Source: Monocercomonoides exilis PA203 | Taxonomy: Eukaryota; Protista; Preaxostyla | NCBI GenBank assembly: GCA_001643675.2 | Contig: LSRY02000025.1 | Span: forward strand, 310,001 to 374,000 | Reading direction: 5' to 3' | DNA length: 64,000 bases | Shown: positions 26,031 to 38,400 of the stretch, in pieces | Position numbering within the stretch: the stretch's first letter is position 1 | Layout: every line of letters begins with the position of its first letter | The notes under the pieces: generated by a model | Database searches by the model: none | What the model was told of the DNA's origin: nothing | Seen by the model: the letters and a program-made list of their open reading frames with translations, nothing else | Program-made: the position numbers and the translations under genes

Positions 26031-26087
<57 letters not shown>

Positions 26088-26699
26088 ATTTTTATATTTA
26101 TAAGGCATGTTGGAACAAGTCAGAATCATTTCGAAAAGAGAAAAAATTTATTTGAAGAACTGCTATTCAAAGTTGTACTGAGATTTTTATGCTTTTTTGA
26201 AAAAAAAAAACCATAATTTATAACAAACTTATTCTTCTTTCGTTGGAAAATTTTTATTTGAATAATTACTTTTGTTAAATTTACAAAATTATGAATCATA
26301 TCAGATTTTAATGGAATTTCTGTTTCATCTCATAAAATTTGGCGGCAAAGGTAATGAAAACATTGAAAAGGATTTATTTCCATTTCTGCATAATTTTGAA
26401 AATAGGAACATAATTTTGTTTAAGAATTGATATTTGTTCACTAAAAATTGCAAAGAAGAATAACTTCAATTCAAAGTCGAATATTATCATTCGAAATCGA
26501 AAGAGTGACACAAAGTCATTATATTGGACATACCAAAATTCCGTTTTTTTTCTTTCCATGTGAAATATTATCCGTTTAAATGATAGCATAAAAATATTGA
26601 AAAGCGCGCACACATGTGTGATTCGTCAGAGAAAAAATATCAAATAATGTATCAATTATTTGCATTATGTGTGTGATCAAAAAATGTTTCAGTGAAATA

Positions 26700-27540
26700 C
26701 AAAATGATGAGAGGAAAAAATATTTAGTCTTTGACAAGTTAATCACATTTTTAAACGAAGGTCGAGCTTAGGAATGGTTTTTCAAAAGAGTTCTGAGAGA
26801 AAAACATCAACAATGCAGAATCCAGTGATAAGAGTTGAAACTGGAAAATGAAAGAGAAAAGTGTCAATATTGGAATAGTTGAAAGTGTGTAACAAAAAGA
26901 TCAGTATTCAAAGACACAATATAAACAAAATCGAAGATCGGAATAGAATGATTTATATTAATCATATAACTGTTGGAAATCGGAATTTCGACAAAGAATT
27001 TTCACATTATGATAGGAGTGCATTTTGTGGTTATGAACTATTGGAGAAGTGTTTTGAGATGTGCCTGTACGGATCTTTTAAGTATGGATTCAATTGTATT
27101 CTGCGAAGAAGGAAAGATAGTGGAGATTGATGAATGTGTGTGGAGAAGGAGAAAATACAGAAAAGTCGTCAGTAAATTGAAAATAAGGATCTTCGACGAT
27201 ATATAAAGAACGGATGACTCATCAGGAATATCAAATCAGAGTATTTGTCGAGTGCCAAATCGTTCTGCAAATACTCTCATTCCTCTCAAAAAAAATCTCA
27301 CATTCTCCTGTTAACAACTGAAATGAGTGAGGAGTGGAATGCATATTCTTTTTTGAGTTCAGTTAGCCACAATCATATGACAGTGTGCCACAAAGAACAT
27401 AATGTGTTTCCTCTCACTCGGACTTGCGCAAATACAATAGAAGGAATGCAATGACATATGAGAGGTTTTTATTCATACACGGAGTGAGAGAAAGATATAT
27501 CGGAGATTATTTGGTTTTTTGGATTGTAAAAAACACGCTT
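26700..27540 (+). pseudogene. Decayed Merlin/IS1595 (ISXO2-like) transposase
   Basis: Across frameshifts and stops: GKIVEIDECVWRRRKYRK, RVPNRSANTLIP, SEEWNAYSFL, HMTVCHK, ANTIEG. These are the ordered ISXO2-type motifs. Termini not identified; boundaries approximate. Confidence 0.75.
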
Positions 27541-28015
27541 GGATTTCTGTCCGAAAAAGTGGAGTGTTTTAATGTTAATTGGAAAAAAAAATACAAAATA
27601 GAAAATGAGGAAATAGAAAATGAAGATGAAAATTTCACAGAAATGGATAAAATTGCAAATGAAGAATTCTTATATGGGGAATCCGATGAAGTGAGCAGTA
27701 GCCTATGTGTTTTCAATGGAACTAATTCAACAGAATGGACAAATGGTGAATAGAATATTTTTTTTTGAGTCTTTTTCCCCTTTTGAAAAAAATAATGTCA
27801 ACCACAATCTAAATAATTTGTTTAAAATTTTGATTCATTTGAAAAGATATTTATCGCTTTGAAATATTTAAAAATGATACAATATTTTTTATTACCAATA
27901 GAAATAACAACTTCAATTGTCATTTTGTCGTATCTGAAATAATGTCAATTTGCAGAAAAAACAGCAAACGAAATCGATAAACTTTCAATCGAAATCAAAA
28001 ACATTAAAATATAAT

Positions 28016-28242
28016 ATTTTTTGAAAAGTTCCTTTTGTTAAATTTTCAAATAGAATAAAAATTTCATATTTCGATCAAATTTCTGTTCCCACACACCAGA
28101 TTTCAAGAAAATGAATATAAATTTTTTTCATTGGTATTATTTTTGTTTTTGTAAAGTTTCATAATTGTGAACAGAAATTTGATCGAAATATGAAGTTTTT
28201 ATTCTATTAAAAAATTAAACAAAAGGAACTTTTCAAAAAAAT
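28016..28242. mobile_element. MITE-like foldback with ~75-bp inverted repeats
   Basis: TTTTTTGAAAAGTTCCTTTTGTT...TTCATATTTCGATCAAATTTCTGTTC is mirrored at 28170-28242. Confidence 0.7.
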
Positions 28243-28686
28243 TTAGGCATATTGTTGAGCATTTTTTTAAGAATTTGTTTTTTAATTGGCACCAAAAATT
28301 ATTTTCATTATCTTCATTTCATTAAAGCTCATAAATCTGTTTCATAACATAAGTGCAATAAACAAATAAAAATTAAGCTGTATCACAAATATTTTTTAAA
28401 AAACTTTCTCAGAAAAACGATCTAATAATTTTTAACTTTCATATTTCGATCAATGTTTTGCTCGTATTATCTTGACTGATTGCAGTTGCGAGTTTTTATC
28501 ACGGAATTCACCAAAATAATTGTATTTTTTGTATTTGTTAGTTATTCGTTATATTCAAAACTATTTATTTAAGAGTATTTTTGCATTTCACCATATTTGT
28601 TTAAAACATGCAAAATATAGTGAATTTGTTTGTTTTATCGATTTTCCTAAAGCTATTAATATTTTATAAATTTATTTTCAACAATA

Positions 28687-28945
28687 TGGGGTAAAATATT
28701 TTTCTTCAGGCATTTTCATAGAAAAATAATGCACTTTTCGTTGACTTTTTAATATCAAAAAACACAATAAAAATGGGAACATTTTTTGACATATGCGAAA
28801 TGTTGGAAAACTTTATGTTTCTATTTAAACAATGTCTGTTTGCAGAAATGAAAATCAGATTTATTTAAAAATATGAGAAAGTGAAATAAAGTTATGAGTG
28901 AAGCAATTTTTCAATACTTTGTGTAAAAAAAACTTGAAAGTTCGT
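28687..28945. repeat. Dispersed repeat, homologous to 56764-57021 (MITE family B fragment)
   Basis: Shared AAAATATTTTTCTTCAGGCATTTTC...GAAATGTTGGAAAACTT...GAAATAAAGTTATGAG in the same order and spacing. Confidence 0.75.
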
Positions 28946-29367
28946 ATTTTCCTCCATTTTGACAGATCTTCTATTTTCTTTCCTCTTTCTTCCTCTTCTC
29001 TCATTGCTGCTCTCACTTTTATTGTTTGATGAATTCGTTCTTCTATAGGATAAACAGCAGGAAAAGAAACTGCACGAACTCTGATTTCTGAAATTGTTGG
29101 AACTGATTCTATAACTTTCTTTTTCTTTTCGGCTGTTCTGGCATCCAAAAATTGAATATTTGCCATGTTGTGAAAATGTTAATAATGACGAAAGGCGAAT
29201 GTGGGATATTAAGTTTTTATTTATTGCGGGATGCTCAACATTAAAAAAAGGACAGATTAACATTTTTAGGGGACAGACTGTGTTTTAAAATAACCCCCAC
29301 AATTTTGAATTTGCTTTTCTATTCGAATTTTGTGATCCAATCTGCATTGTATCTATTAATAAGTTTG

Positions 29368-29398
<31 letters not shown>

Positions 29399-29590
29399 CA
29401 GTGCAGGGCACTGACTGATGAGAGCCCACATTTTTAAAAATGACACAGATGTTTATCAGGATTATATTAACATGTTTGATTTCTGTATTTTGAAAAGGCA
29501 GCAAACGGAAATTTTTAAAAAGCCAATAATTATTAATAGTAAAATGCACACATAAATTTATTTTCATTTTTTCTTAATAGTCTATAAATA

Positions 29591-30255
29591 TAGTTTGTGT
29601 TAATAATGGTGGAAACTTTCAATAACTGTGGATAGTTAAATTATCTCAACAACCGTTGACAGTTGGATTTTGACAATTAGCCCAATTATTCCTTCAGTGA
29701 ATGCAAACTTATATGTCAAACAAAAATGAAACAACTTGCTCCCAAGAATGAAGAAAAATACATTTTTTATTTTCGGAGAAACTCGGAGAATCATATTTCT
29801 TAAGGTTTCTCCGAAAATTATAAATGTTTTTTTCTCAATTCTGCAAAGAAAGTTGGGTGATTATTTTTGAAATCATATTTATTCTTTCAAAATTTTCAGT
29901 TCGAAAATTATTATTAAATGTCAAACAATGAACACTGAAAAGTGATTATACTAATTAAAGTTATCTTCATCATTATTCCGGCTAAAACAGTTGTTTTTGA
30001 AATGGCTTTGATGTTATTTATTTTAAAATATAAAATGTCTATTCAATAACAAACAACTTTTGAATAATTAACACTCCGAAAAAAGTTATGATTTCAAAAA
30101 TTATCACCCAGTTGTTTCATATCTGTATAACTTATAAGTTTGTATTCAATGAGGGAATAATTGGGTTCATTGTCAAAATGCAACGATCAACAGTTGTTGA
30201 GATAATTCCACTCTCCACAGTTATTGAAAGTGTCCACCATTATTAACACAAACTA
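29591..30255. mobile_element. Non-autonomous foldback element with ~120-bp TIRs and TA flanks, containing a nested MITE
   Basis: TAGTTTGTGTTAATAATGGTGGA...AAACTTAT (29591-29712) is the imperfect reverse complement of 30134-30255; an inner hairpin lies at 29752-29835. Confidence 0.8.
29854..30110. mobile_element. MITE family A copy (257 bp), nested
   Basis: TGGGTGATTATTTTTGAAATCATA ... TATGATTTCAAAAATTATCACCCA. Confidence 0.8.
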
Positions 30256-30582
30256 TATTCTTGAAAATTGCTTAAAAGAACAAATATCTCAAAAATCAAA
30301 ATTATTTTCCCTGAGCTCTCGATTCGAAATACTTTCAAATGAATTTGACATTGTTTTTTTTGATAATAATAATATTCTAATCACAAATTGAACCATGATC
30401 AGATCTTCCATTACAACAAACTTGAGTTAGAAAAAGTATTGTTTATCTCAATATTCGTTTGATTAAAATATCAATGAAATTAAGAATTGTTTGAGAGCAT
30501 ATATTTTTATGGTTTTATTGAAGTTTTTATATGTCATTGTTTCTTTCTTGTTTTGGTTTGATTTTTATTTGAATGATTTAAT

Positions 30583-32144
30583 ATGCGTGGGTTTTCTGAA
30601 TGCAACATAAATTCGATAATGCAGATATATGGAAACCCTAAAAAGCTTTCTCGTTTGCGCACATAGTTGTGCTTTTATTCCTGATGATTATTTATTTCTT
30701 TATTTTATGAAGAATTGATAAATGAACTGGAGGATTGCGGTGAGGAAGAACAGAAACAGAAAATCGAAGAAACGAGCAAACTAGTAGATGAAATGATAAA
30801 AGATGAAATTGACCATGTTTTTACGAAGGAAATATTCGATAAAATTCTCAAAATAATTGAGGAAAGAAAAATGTCATTGGAAAACATCATTTCCTTATTG
30901 AAGCATTTAGGATATTACAATGTGTTGAGCAATTTCATGTGCTTTGGATCTTACTTATCCCCATTGAACAAAATGTTCGAGAGGTTGATTGTTGAGGAAA
31001 AGAAGAAAAAGGAAGAAAAAAACGAAAAACTGCTGGCAAATCTTTGCGAATGCCGTTTGATACTGTGCCATGGATATGTTTCAGATGTATTTATATCAAT
31101 TTGCGTACCTTGTTTTGTGAAAGTTGCATTGTCCAAAGAGGAAAGTGAAAAAACAAGAAAAGAAGTGGAAATGGCTTTATTGGCGTTGAGTTGCATTAAA
31201 GGAGAAAATGTTTACATTTGAATCATTCCTTTTTGAAAACATTTATCTTATTTTATTTTTTATTGAAGCATATTGAAAAAGGATCGTATTTGAAGGGGAT
31301 GATAGAAATCATCAAATATCATCAGGAAAATCACAACCTTACACATCTTGCCTATCAATCAGCTTGGAAATTTTTGATTGATCGATTTCAAAATGATCTG
31401 ACTTTGAAAAAAGTGATCATGAATGAGCTGCATTTTGTGAGAGAAGCAACAAGAGAATTGGAAGAGCTATCGAAAAGCGTGAACTGCAACAGAAAAGGAA
31501 AAGAAGAGAATGAAACGTTTACTTTGGAAAGATGGCTCAATGAGTTGAATTTTTTTGAGATATATGGCCAAATCCAGTGCGAAGAATGTACCAAACTGAT
31601 TGCATGCGTCATCGATCTGTGCAGAGCAGCGAAGGGAAACCACAGAGAAATACATAAGAAGGGCTATTCATTTTTGCATAATATCATTTTGCGTGAAGCA
31701 AAATCTTTCAATTGCTTATTGTGTGAAGGGGCTATCGATTTAATCTTCCATGAAATGCTTGGACCAACAATTAACAATAAAATGACAACATTTAGCGTGT
31801 ATATTATTGTTCAACTTTCGAGAATATTGAGCAGGAAAAAGGAAAAGAAAAATGGAGCGATTGCAATTTATTCAGAAGCTTGGAACTGGCTGAATGGAAA
31901 AACAAAGAGGAAAATGATATTGTATCGAAAGCTGCGTGAGAGGATGGAAGAAGAAGGATATGAAGATATTATTATCAGCTATAATAAAACAATCTTGGGG
32001 AGATTTTATGTGAAGGAATTATCAAAAGACCCTTATGATTATTTCATTCATAATCAAGCTCCAAAAATGAAGCATTTGCAAGTGAGTAATTTAGCAATCT
32101 GTTTGGCTGCATTCCCAGTCATTTTCTTCTTTTTTTTGAAATAG
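30583..32144 (+). CDS. Unknown alpha-helical (possibly ARM-like) family protein, paralogue A, ~480 aa
   Basis: Exons 30583-30652, 30713-31209, 31269-32144; family motifs LCEC, EVEMALLALSCI, EIIKYHQE, NELHF..EATRELEEL, MEEEGYEDI. Confidence 0.75.
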
Positions 32145-33018
32145 ATTTTTTCTTTGTATTTGTTCTTTGAATAAATTTTCATTCGATTATTTTTTCTTCA
32201 TTCAACAGTGAAGTGTTTTGTTGTAATTTTTGTTGTTTTCTCACATCAAACATATTCTTTTGTTTCGGTTTTCATCATGACAATCATCCTCTTCATCATC
32301 TAAACTTTCTTCTTTATTCGGTTTTATATTCAATTTAATTTTTATTATTTAATTTTTTTGAAACAATTTCATTTATTTTAAGAAATTGTTGTGGAATTAG
32401 TCATGTATTTTTCTTTCATTCGCATATTCATCTTTGCCATATGTTGCATCAATGCTCATTATGAAATCACCTCTGCTAACGTCTCATTCGTTTCCATATC
32501 AACAATTCAAAGCCTTCAGCATTTGAGAAAAGCAATAAAAGAGATCGGAGTGAAAGTTCAAAGAGAGAGAAAGGATATTTGAGCCTGCTGTTGAAAAAGA
32601 AGATGAATAAATGATTATGAAACTGAGTGAAACCGGAACAGGGAAAAGAAGTTTAAAAGGATTGTTTTTTTCCATATGATTCGTTTCTGTAAGTATTTCA
32701 ATCTGACAGTCAAGATAGTTGGTGAGATTTCTGTTTTTTTGTTTGATTTATGTGAAAAGGAGATATTGAAAAAGAAGAAAAATTTCTCACTCCTTTCTGA
32801 TGAATGAGTGAAAATCTTCATGAAACAATGACAAAAAGGAGAATAAATTGAAAGATCACATAATGTTAAAGCGCAATTTCCTGTTATGGGAATTTTCTTG
32901 TCTCACCCGTTTGAGTTTTTTCAGGTTTGATCAGATTATTCCTTCATAATATTTTCTTATGAAAAATGTTTGACGATTTCTTTTTCTTTTTTAATTGTGT
33001 TTCACACAATGTTTTCAA

Positions 33019-33062
<44 letters not shown>

Positions 33063-33461
33063 TTTTTTTTTTTTTTTTTGTTTATTGTTAAAAATCAATA
33101 CTTATTATGTAATGGCAACCGAAAAAGCTTGGTACAAATCGTTGTTTTTTCTAAAATTCAAGAATTTTGCCCCAAGCCATGTTTGTATTTGTTGTTCTAA
33201 TCTTAATAATAGCAATTCATTAATTAAATAAAAATTCAAAAAGATTCAAAATAATTCGAAAAAAAATATCTAAAAAATATCTAAAAATCATAAAACAGAT
33301 AATTTGAGTGATCGTTTTTAAAAGACGCTTATACAAACAATTAATTGCAAAATCAAATAGAAGCCAAATTACCGAAATATTAAAAAGAAATCAATACAAT
33401 ATCAAAAAAAAAAATATTTCAGTGCAATCAGGAAAAAATAAAAGCCTGAAGCACCATCATT

Positions 33462-34926
33462 TTAACGTTTAAAGAAGAAATTCTCGAGGCTTCGATCACT
33501 GAAAATATCTGCAGACCTTTTCAATATGTAGAATAAGACGATCACATCTTCATATCCTTCCTCTTCCAGCTTTTCTGCAATCTCTTTTTCGATCTTCTTT
33601 TTGCAACTTTTATTGCCCGGATCACTTGCCGGTGTGATTTGCCCTTCAGATAGTTTCAATATAAACATGACGAAAGGCGAGATCATGTCGTATTTCACTG
33701 GCAACAAGCAAAGCTCCTCCAAAGCATATTCAATCACTCCGCTTCTCGGCAGACGCTTGTCTGGAGTATACCCACTCGCACAAATCACCCGCTTAAGAGA
33801 ACATTCGCATTCAATGGATATTTCACTGCAGTACTTCTTCGATGCCCGGCACAGCTTCACAATGCTCGAAAGAGGCTCCGTGCGCTCTTTGCTCCACATC
33901 GGGCAATATCGAAAATATGTCTCAAGCGTTCGGCACCACTTCTTTATAATCCACACTTCTTCAGCTTCCACTTCACCCTGCTTTTCTCTTTTCTTTTTGC
34001 CCACGCTCCTTTCCAGCTCTTCCAGTTCTCTTGAAGATTCCTCAAAGAAATGAAGCTCGTTCACAGCAACGCTTGCCAATTTTCCTTCCTTAAATAATCG
34101 ATCAATAAAAAACTTCCAAATTGACTGATACGCAAGACGAGTCAGATTCCAATTTTCCTGATGATACTTGATAATTTCTATTATCTTATTCAAATACAGT
34201 TCTGCTTTAACATCCTATTTCAGACATTATTTCAAATAAAAAGTTTATTTTCAAAGAATAGAGAAATTTCATATAACAAAATAAAAATAAAAATAATGCT
34301 CTTTCAGACTTCATTAAAGGCAATGCAGCTCAACGCCAGCAAAGCCATTTCAACATCTTTTTGACAATTCACAATTTCTTCTTTGTTTGAAGCAAAATTC
34401 AAAAGCAAAGTGACAGATTTGTGAAGAACTTTCTTTGGCATGCAGCGCCTCCAATCGAACAAAAATAAAAAGCACTCGCAAAGGCCAATAGCAAGATTTT
34501 TCTTCCATTCGTCCTTCCCTTCCTCTTCTTCAACTATCATTCTTTCGACGTATTTGCACAACATGGATCTGTTGAAACATTTGGTCCATGATTCTGAAAG
34601 AGATTTGCGATAGCCCATGTGCCTCAGAAGCATCACAGCATTTTCCACTGATATCTTCTCTTCCACCATCATTTTGCAAAGCTCATTGAAAGCATCTTTG
34701 CTGAGGATGCTGAAAAGTTCATTCTCATTCATCTTGAATAGCATACCCTTCACATCTTCTATTTTCATCGCTTGCTCGACCGCATTGCAACTGTTCAGCT
34801 GAGAAAGAGTTTCTTAATTTACGGATTATCCCATTCAGCAAAAAGAAAACAATTCAAAAGAATATATATAAACAAACCATAAAACATTCTAACTTTTTTC
34901 CATTGAAGCACTTCACCATTTACCAT
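33462..34926 (-). CDS. Unknown alpha-helical family protein, paralogue B, ~434 aa
   Basis: Exons 34926-34878, 34812-34310, 34214-33462; same motifs and the same two intron positions as paralogue A. Confidence 0.75.
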
Positions 34927-35416
34927 ATTTTCTTCTGATTGTCTCTCAACAAAAGAACACAAGAAGACAGAGTTTGTTTGATATTTGAAAAGCCAAAAAT
35001 TTTCTTGAAAAGTATATTATGGTTGAAAGGAAAAAAATTGGTGTTGTATTTTTTGAAAAACAAAATCAAACGTCAAAATGCAAACATAAAAATAAATAAA
35101 CACTTATTAATAAATACATATATAACAGATTAGGTTCAGTTGAAAAAAGAAATACTAACAGAAATATTCAATCACATAAACAATGTTAAAAACTTGGCTG
35201 TATTCAAATGAAAGCAAAAGTTTTCTAACATTAAATAAAACAGAGGTGCTTACACGCAAAATAGATTGGAATTACAAACTAGAAGGAAAGAAACAAAGAA
35301 TTAATAAAACAAACAAAATCCAAAAACAATACAAAATTATCCAAAAATTAAATTGACTCTTCAATTTTAAGTTACACTTTTACCACATCGCAAACAACTC
35401 AAATCAATCAATCAAT

Positions 35417-38400
35417 TCATTCTCTCTTTCCATATTCTCCTGTTTTTGATGTTTGTTTTGCTGTCGAAGAAGCTGTTGAAGAAGTGGTGGTGGCTGTGTT
35501 AGTTGTTGATTGTATGACTTTCCTTTCCTTTTCATCATCTGTATCACTTTCTGAGCTCTCTGCATACGCAATCGCATCTGAGGCTGTCATCACAACCGCA
35601 TTCGCTGGAAAGTGTGAAAAAAGCTCCTTCTTCACCTCAAACAGCCCCATCCTCTTGCTCGCCTCCTCTTCCCAGCAGCTTCCAACAACCTCATCCATTC
35701 CCCTTCCTGCAATCATCTTTCGCGATGGCCTTTCTCCAAATGTTATCTTCTGTCCAGCTGTATCGGCATCATATTCTCCAAACGGAATCTGCAGCGTCAG
35801 GCACTCCCACAGCATCATCCCAATCGAAAACACAACTGACTCCTTTGTTGCTCCCATCTTCTTGTTGATCAGTAGCTCTGGTGCCTTCCATCTCAGGCAC
35901 TCTTTTTTGAAAACATCATCCTCATCCTCAAAGGCAGATGAGGGAAGAGAATCTTCATCGTCATCATTATCACTGGTAGAAGTCACAACAGTTGACGAAA
36001 AGATAGAGGATGAATCTGAATCATCATCAGATGAAAGGAAATCAGAATGCATCACAATGCAGATCACCATGTGCTCCGAGAATAACACAATGTGTGGACT
36101 CAAGTTGGTGAGCGATTGAAGTGGGTTTTCCATTTCATCAAAGGAGTGGAGTGCGAGATTAGCCACCCAGAACAGTACCTGAGCAGCTGTCTGCTCTCTT
36201 TCATTTAATGAGCCAATTGCCATCTCTTTCTTCTCATTTCTTCCATGCAACAACATGAACAGAGAATCTCTCAAATCCACAATCAATTTCTCATGAGGAG
36301 ACGAACAGGCCATTGCATCCACCAGATTCGACATCGATGAAGTTGTGGGACATAGATCCTCCCCTCGAACAAATGTGGATTCAGTGTCTGAAGTGTCTGC
36401 GGTTGAATTGGATGAGATGGATGGAGAAGGTGATCTCTTTCGAATCTCTTCTTCCTCCTCCTTTTCCAATGCCCAATCAGGAATCTTGTCTGAATCTTTG
36501 CCAAGAATGTATTCAGTCGATCCACTCTCAGACAGAAGATGCTCTTCAGATTCTGAATGAACCATCTCCTTTCCATTTATTCTTTTCTTCATCCTCTCAT
36601 CATTCTTCCTTTCTGCTTCCCTTTCTGCTCTTCGCCACTGCGCCTCAGGTGACATCTCCATCGTCACCATTTCAAATGCCTTAGGATCCTTTTTCACGGT
36701 ATCGTTCACAATCACTTCCAATTCTTTTGTTCGTCTCTTTGCTTTTCTCCATCTAACAGCCAGAACAATTGACACAACAAAAACAATCAGCAGGATTACA
36801 ACAAGCACAATGACAATCAACAACCAATAAGATTTTCCTTCTTTCCCACTTTCAACTATCCTTTCATCTCCTTTTGGATCAGATTCGCTTCTGTTCTTCA
36901 GAATGAATGGATGCGTTGACGAAGGAGATTCAGCATCTCCAAACAAAATATGAACACTCACTTCTGTTTTATCATCACAACTGCTGAGGAGATCCTTTGC
37001 CACACTTCCCTCAACTTCTCTTTCTGACAAAAATCCATTTGAATCAAAATCATGTTTTTCAATCTCTTTCTCTTCTCCCTTCCTCTTCACAACTGAGAAT
37101 GACAGATTGCATGGAACAAGAAGCAATCCTTTGAATGTCAGTTTCAATCTATCTGTTGATTCTTTTGCCTCAACACTTTCCAACACAGGAATGAAAAATG
37201 ATGAATCTCTCTCTGAAACAATCCCTTCAAAACTGCACCCTTCATTCAACATCCAAAGTGATGTGTTTGGCAAAACTCCATCTCCTCCTTTCAAACTCAT
37301 CACATTCAATGTTCCTGAATCTGAACAGATGATATTTCTTCTCAATGATGGATATCCTTCAATTGAAGGATTATTGTCAATGAACTCTCCTTTCTCAATT
37401 ATCACATTTCCTCCACTCATTGTTATTCCACCTTCGGCTGAATTTGTGATTGTTGTGTCTTTCATCAAAACAGAACTCTTCACGACATCCACAACAGATC
37501 TATCCCATCTGCAAATCTCTTCGCCTCTTCCATTATCCTCATTCCCATCCTTTCCTTCTCTTTCCTCTCCTTCCTCTCCTTCCTCTCCATCAAACAAGCA
37601 CGATCCAATCCTCACATTCACACACTCACATATCCTCATCATCCTTCCTCTCTTGTTTGTGCTCCGGCATTTCGCAAAGGAACAGTTCAGCACACTCAAC
37701 CCCCTTTCAGCTCCATCCATCTTCATCACACTTCCTTCAGAAGCCACTGACATATTCTCAAACTTCACTTCCTTCATCTCTGCCTTCGCTTTTCCCCCAA
37801 CTTGCACTACTTCCCCATCACACTCAATATTCGATATTCGTGTCTCAGCAATTGACACACAAGATTCTCCACAGAACGACAGAAGTGGCACAGCTGAATG
37901 AATTCCACTGAACAACGTTTCGCTCATCTTCACCTCTCCACTCTCCACATCAAGAATCATGTTCTTCATCACAAGATCCATTGTTGACGAGCTGAAAATG
38001 CACTCTGAAATCTCCAATCTCCCATCATTCTCTTTCAAAACACTCTCCTCAACCCCTTCAAATCCCTCTCCAAACACAAACTGGCACCTCTCCACAACAC
38101 ACTCATTCACAAACACCATCACGCTCCTCTCCTCTCCTCTTCCCTCCATCTTCCCACAAAAATGGATTGTCGCCTTCTCCCTCCGAATCGACACCATCCT
38201 CACATCCCCAATCACACATCCCTCTCCCATCATCCCTTCCCCATCAATAAGAATCGTATTCACAACACTTCGTTCGATGTGCTGCACAGCATTTCCAATG
38301 CTCTCACACGGATTGCTCTGTGCTCCACACTGCCTGCTGTCACTCCCATTCACACACACAAACACCTGTGAAGAATAATAGAATGTGATCAGAGGGATCA

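Noticed and set aside
26035-26084. ~50-nt poly-A run as a retroposon tail (also T runs near 33055, 52937, 63264)
   Set aside because: No TSD or reverse-transcriptase remnant; homopolymers are common throughout this window.
28861-29263. Two overlapping 101-123-aa - strand ORFs
   Set aside because: No recognisable motif, they run into a dispersed repeat, and I found no convincing splice model.
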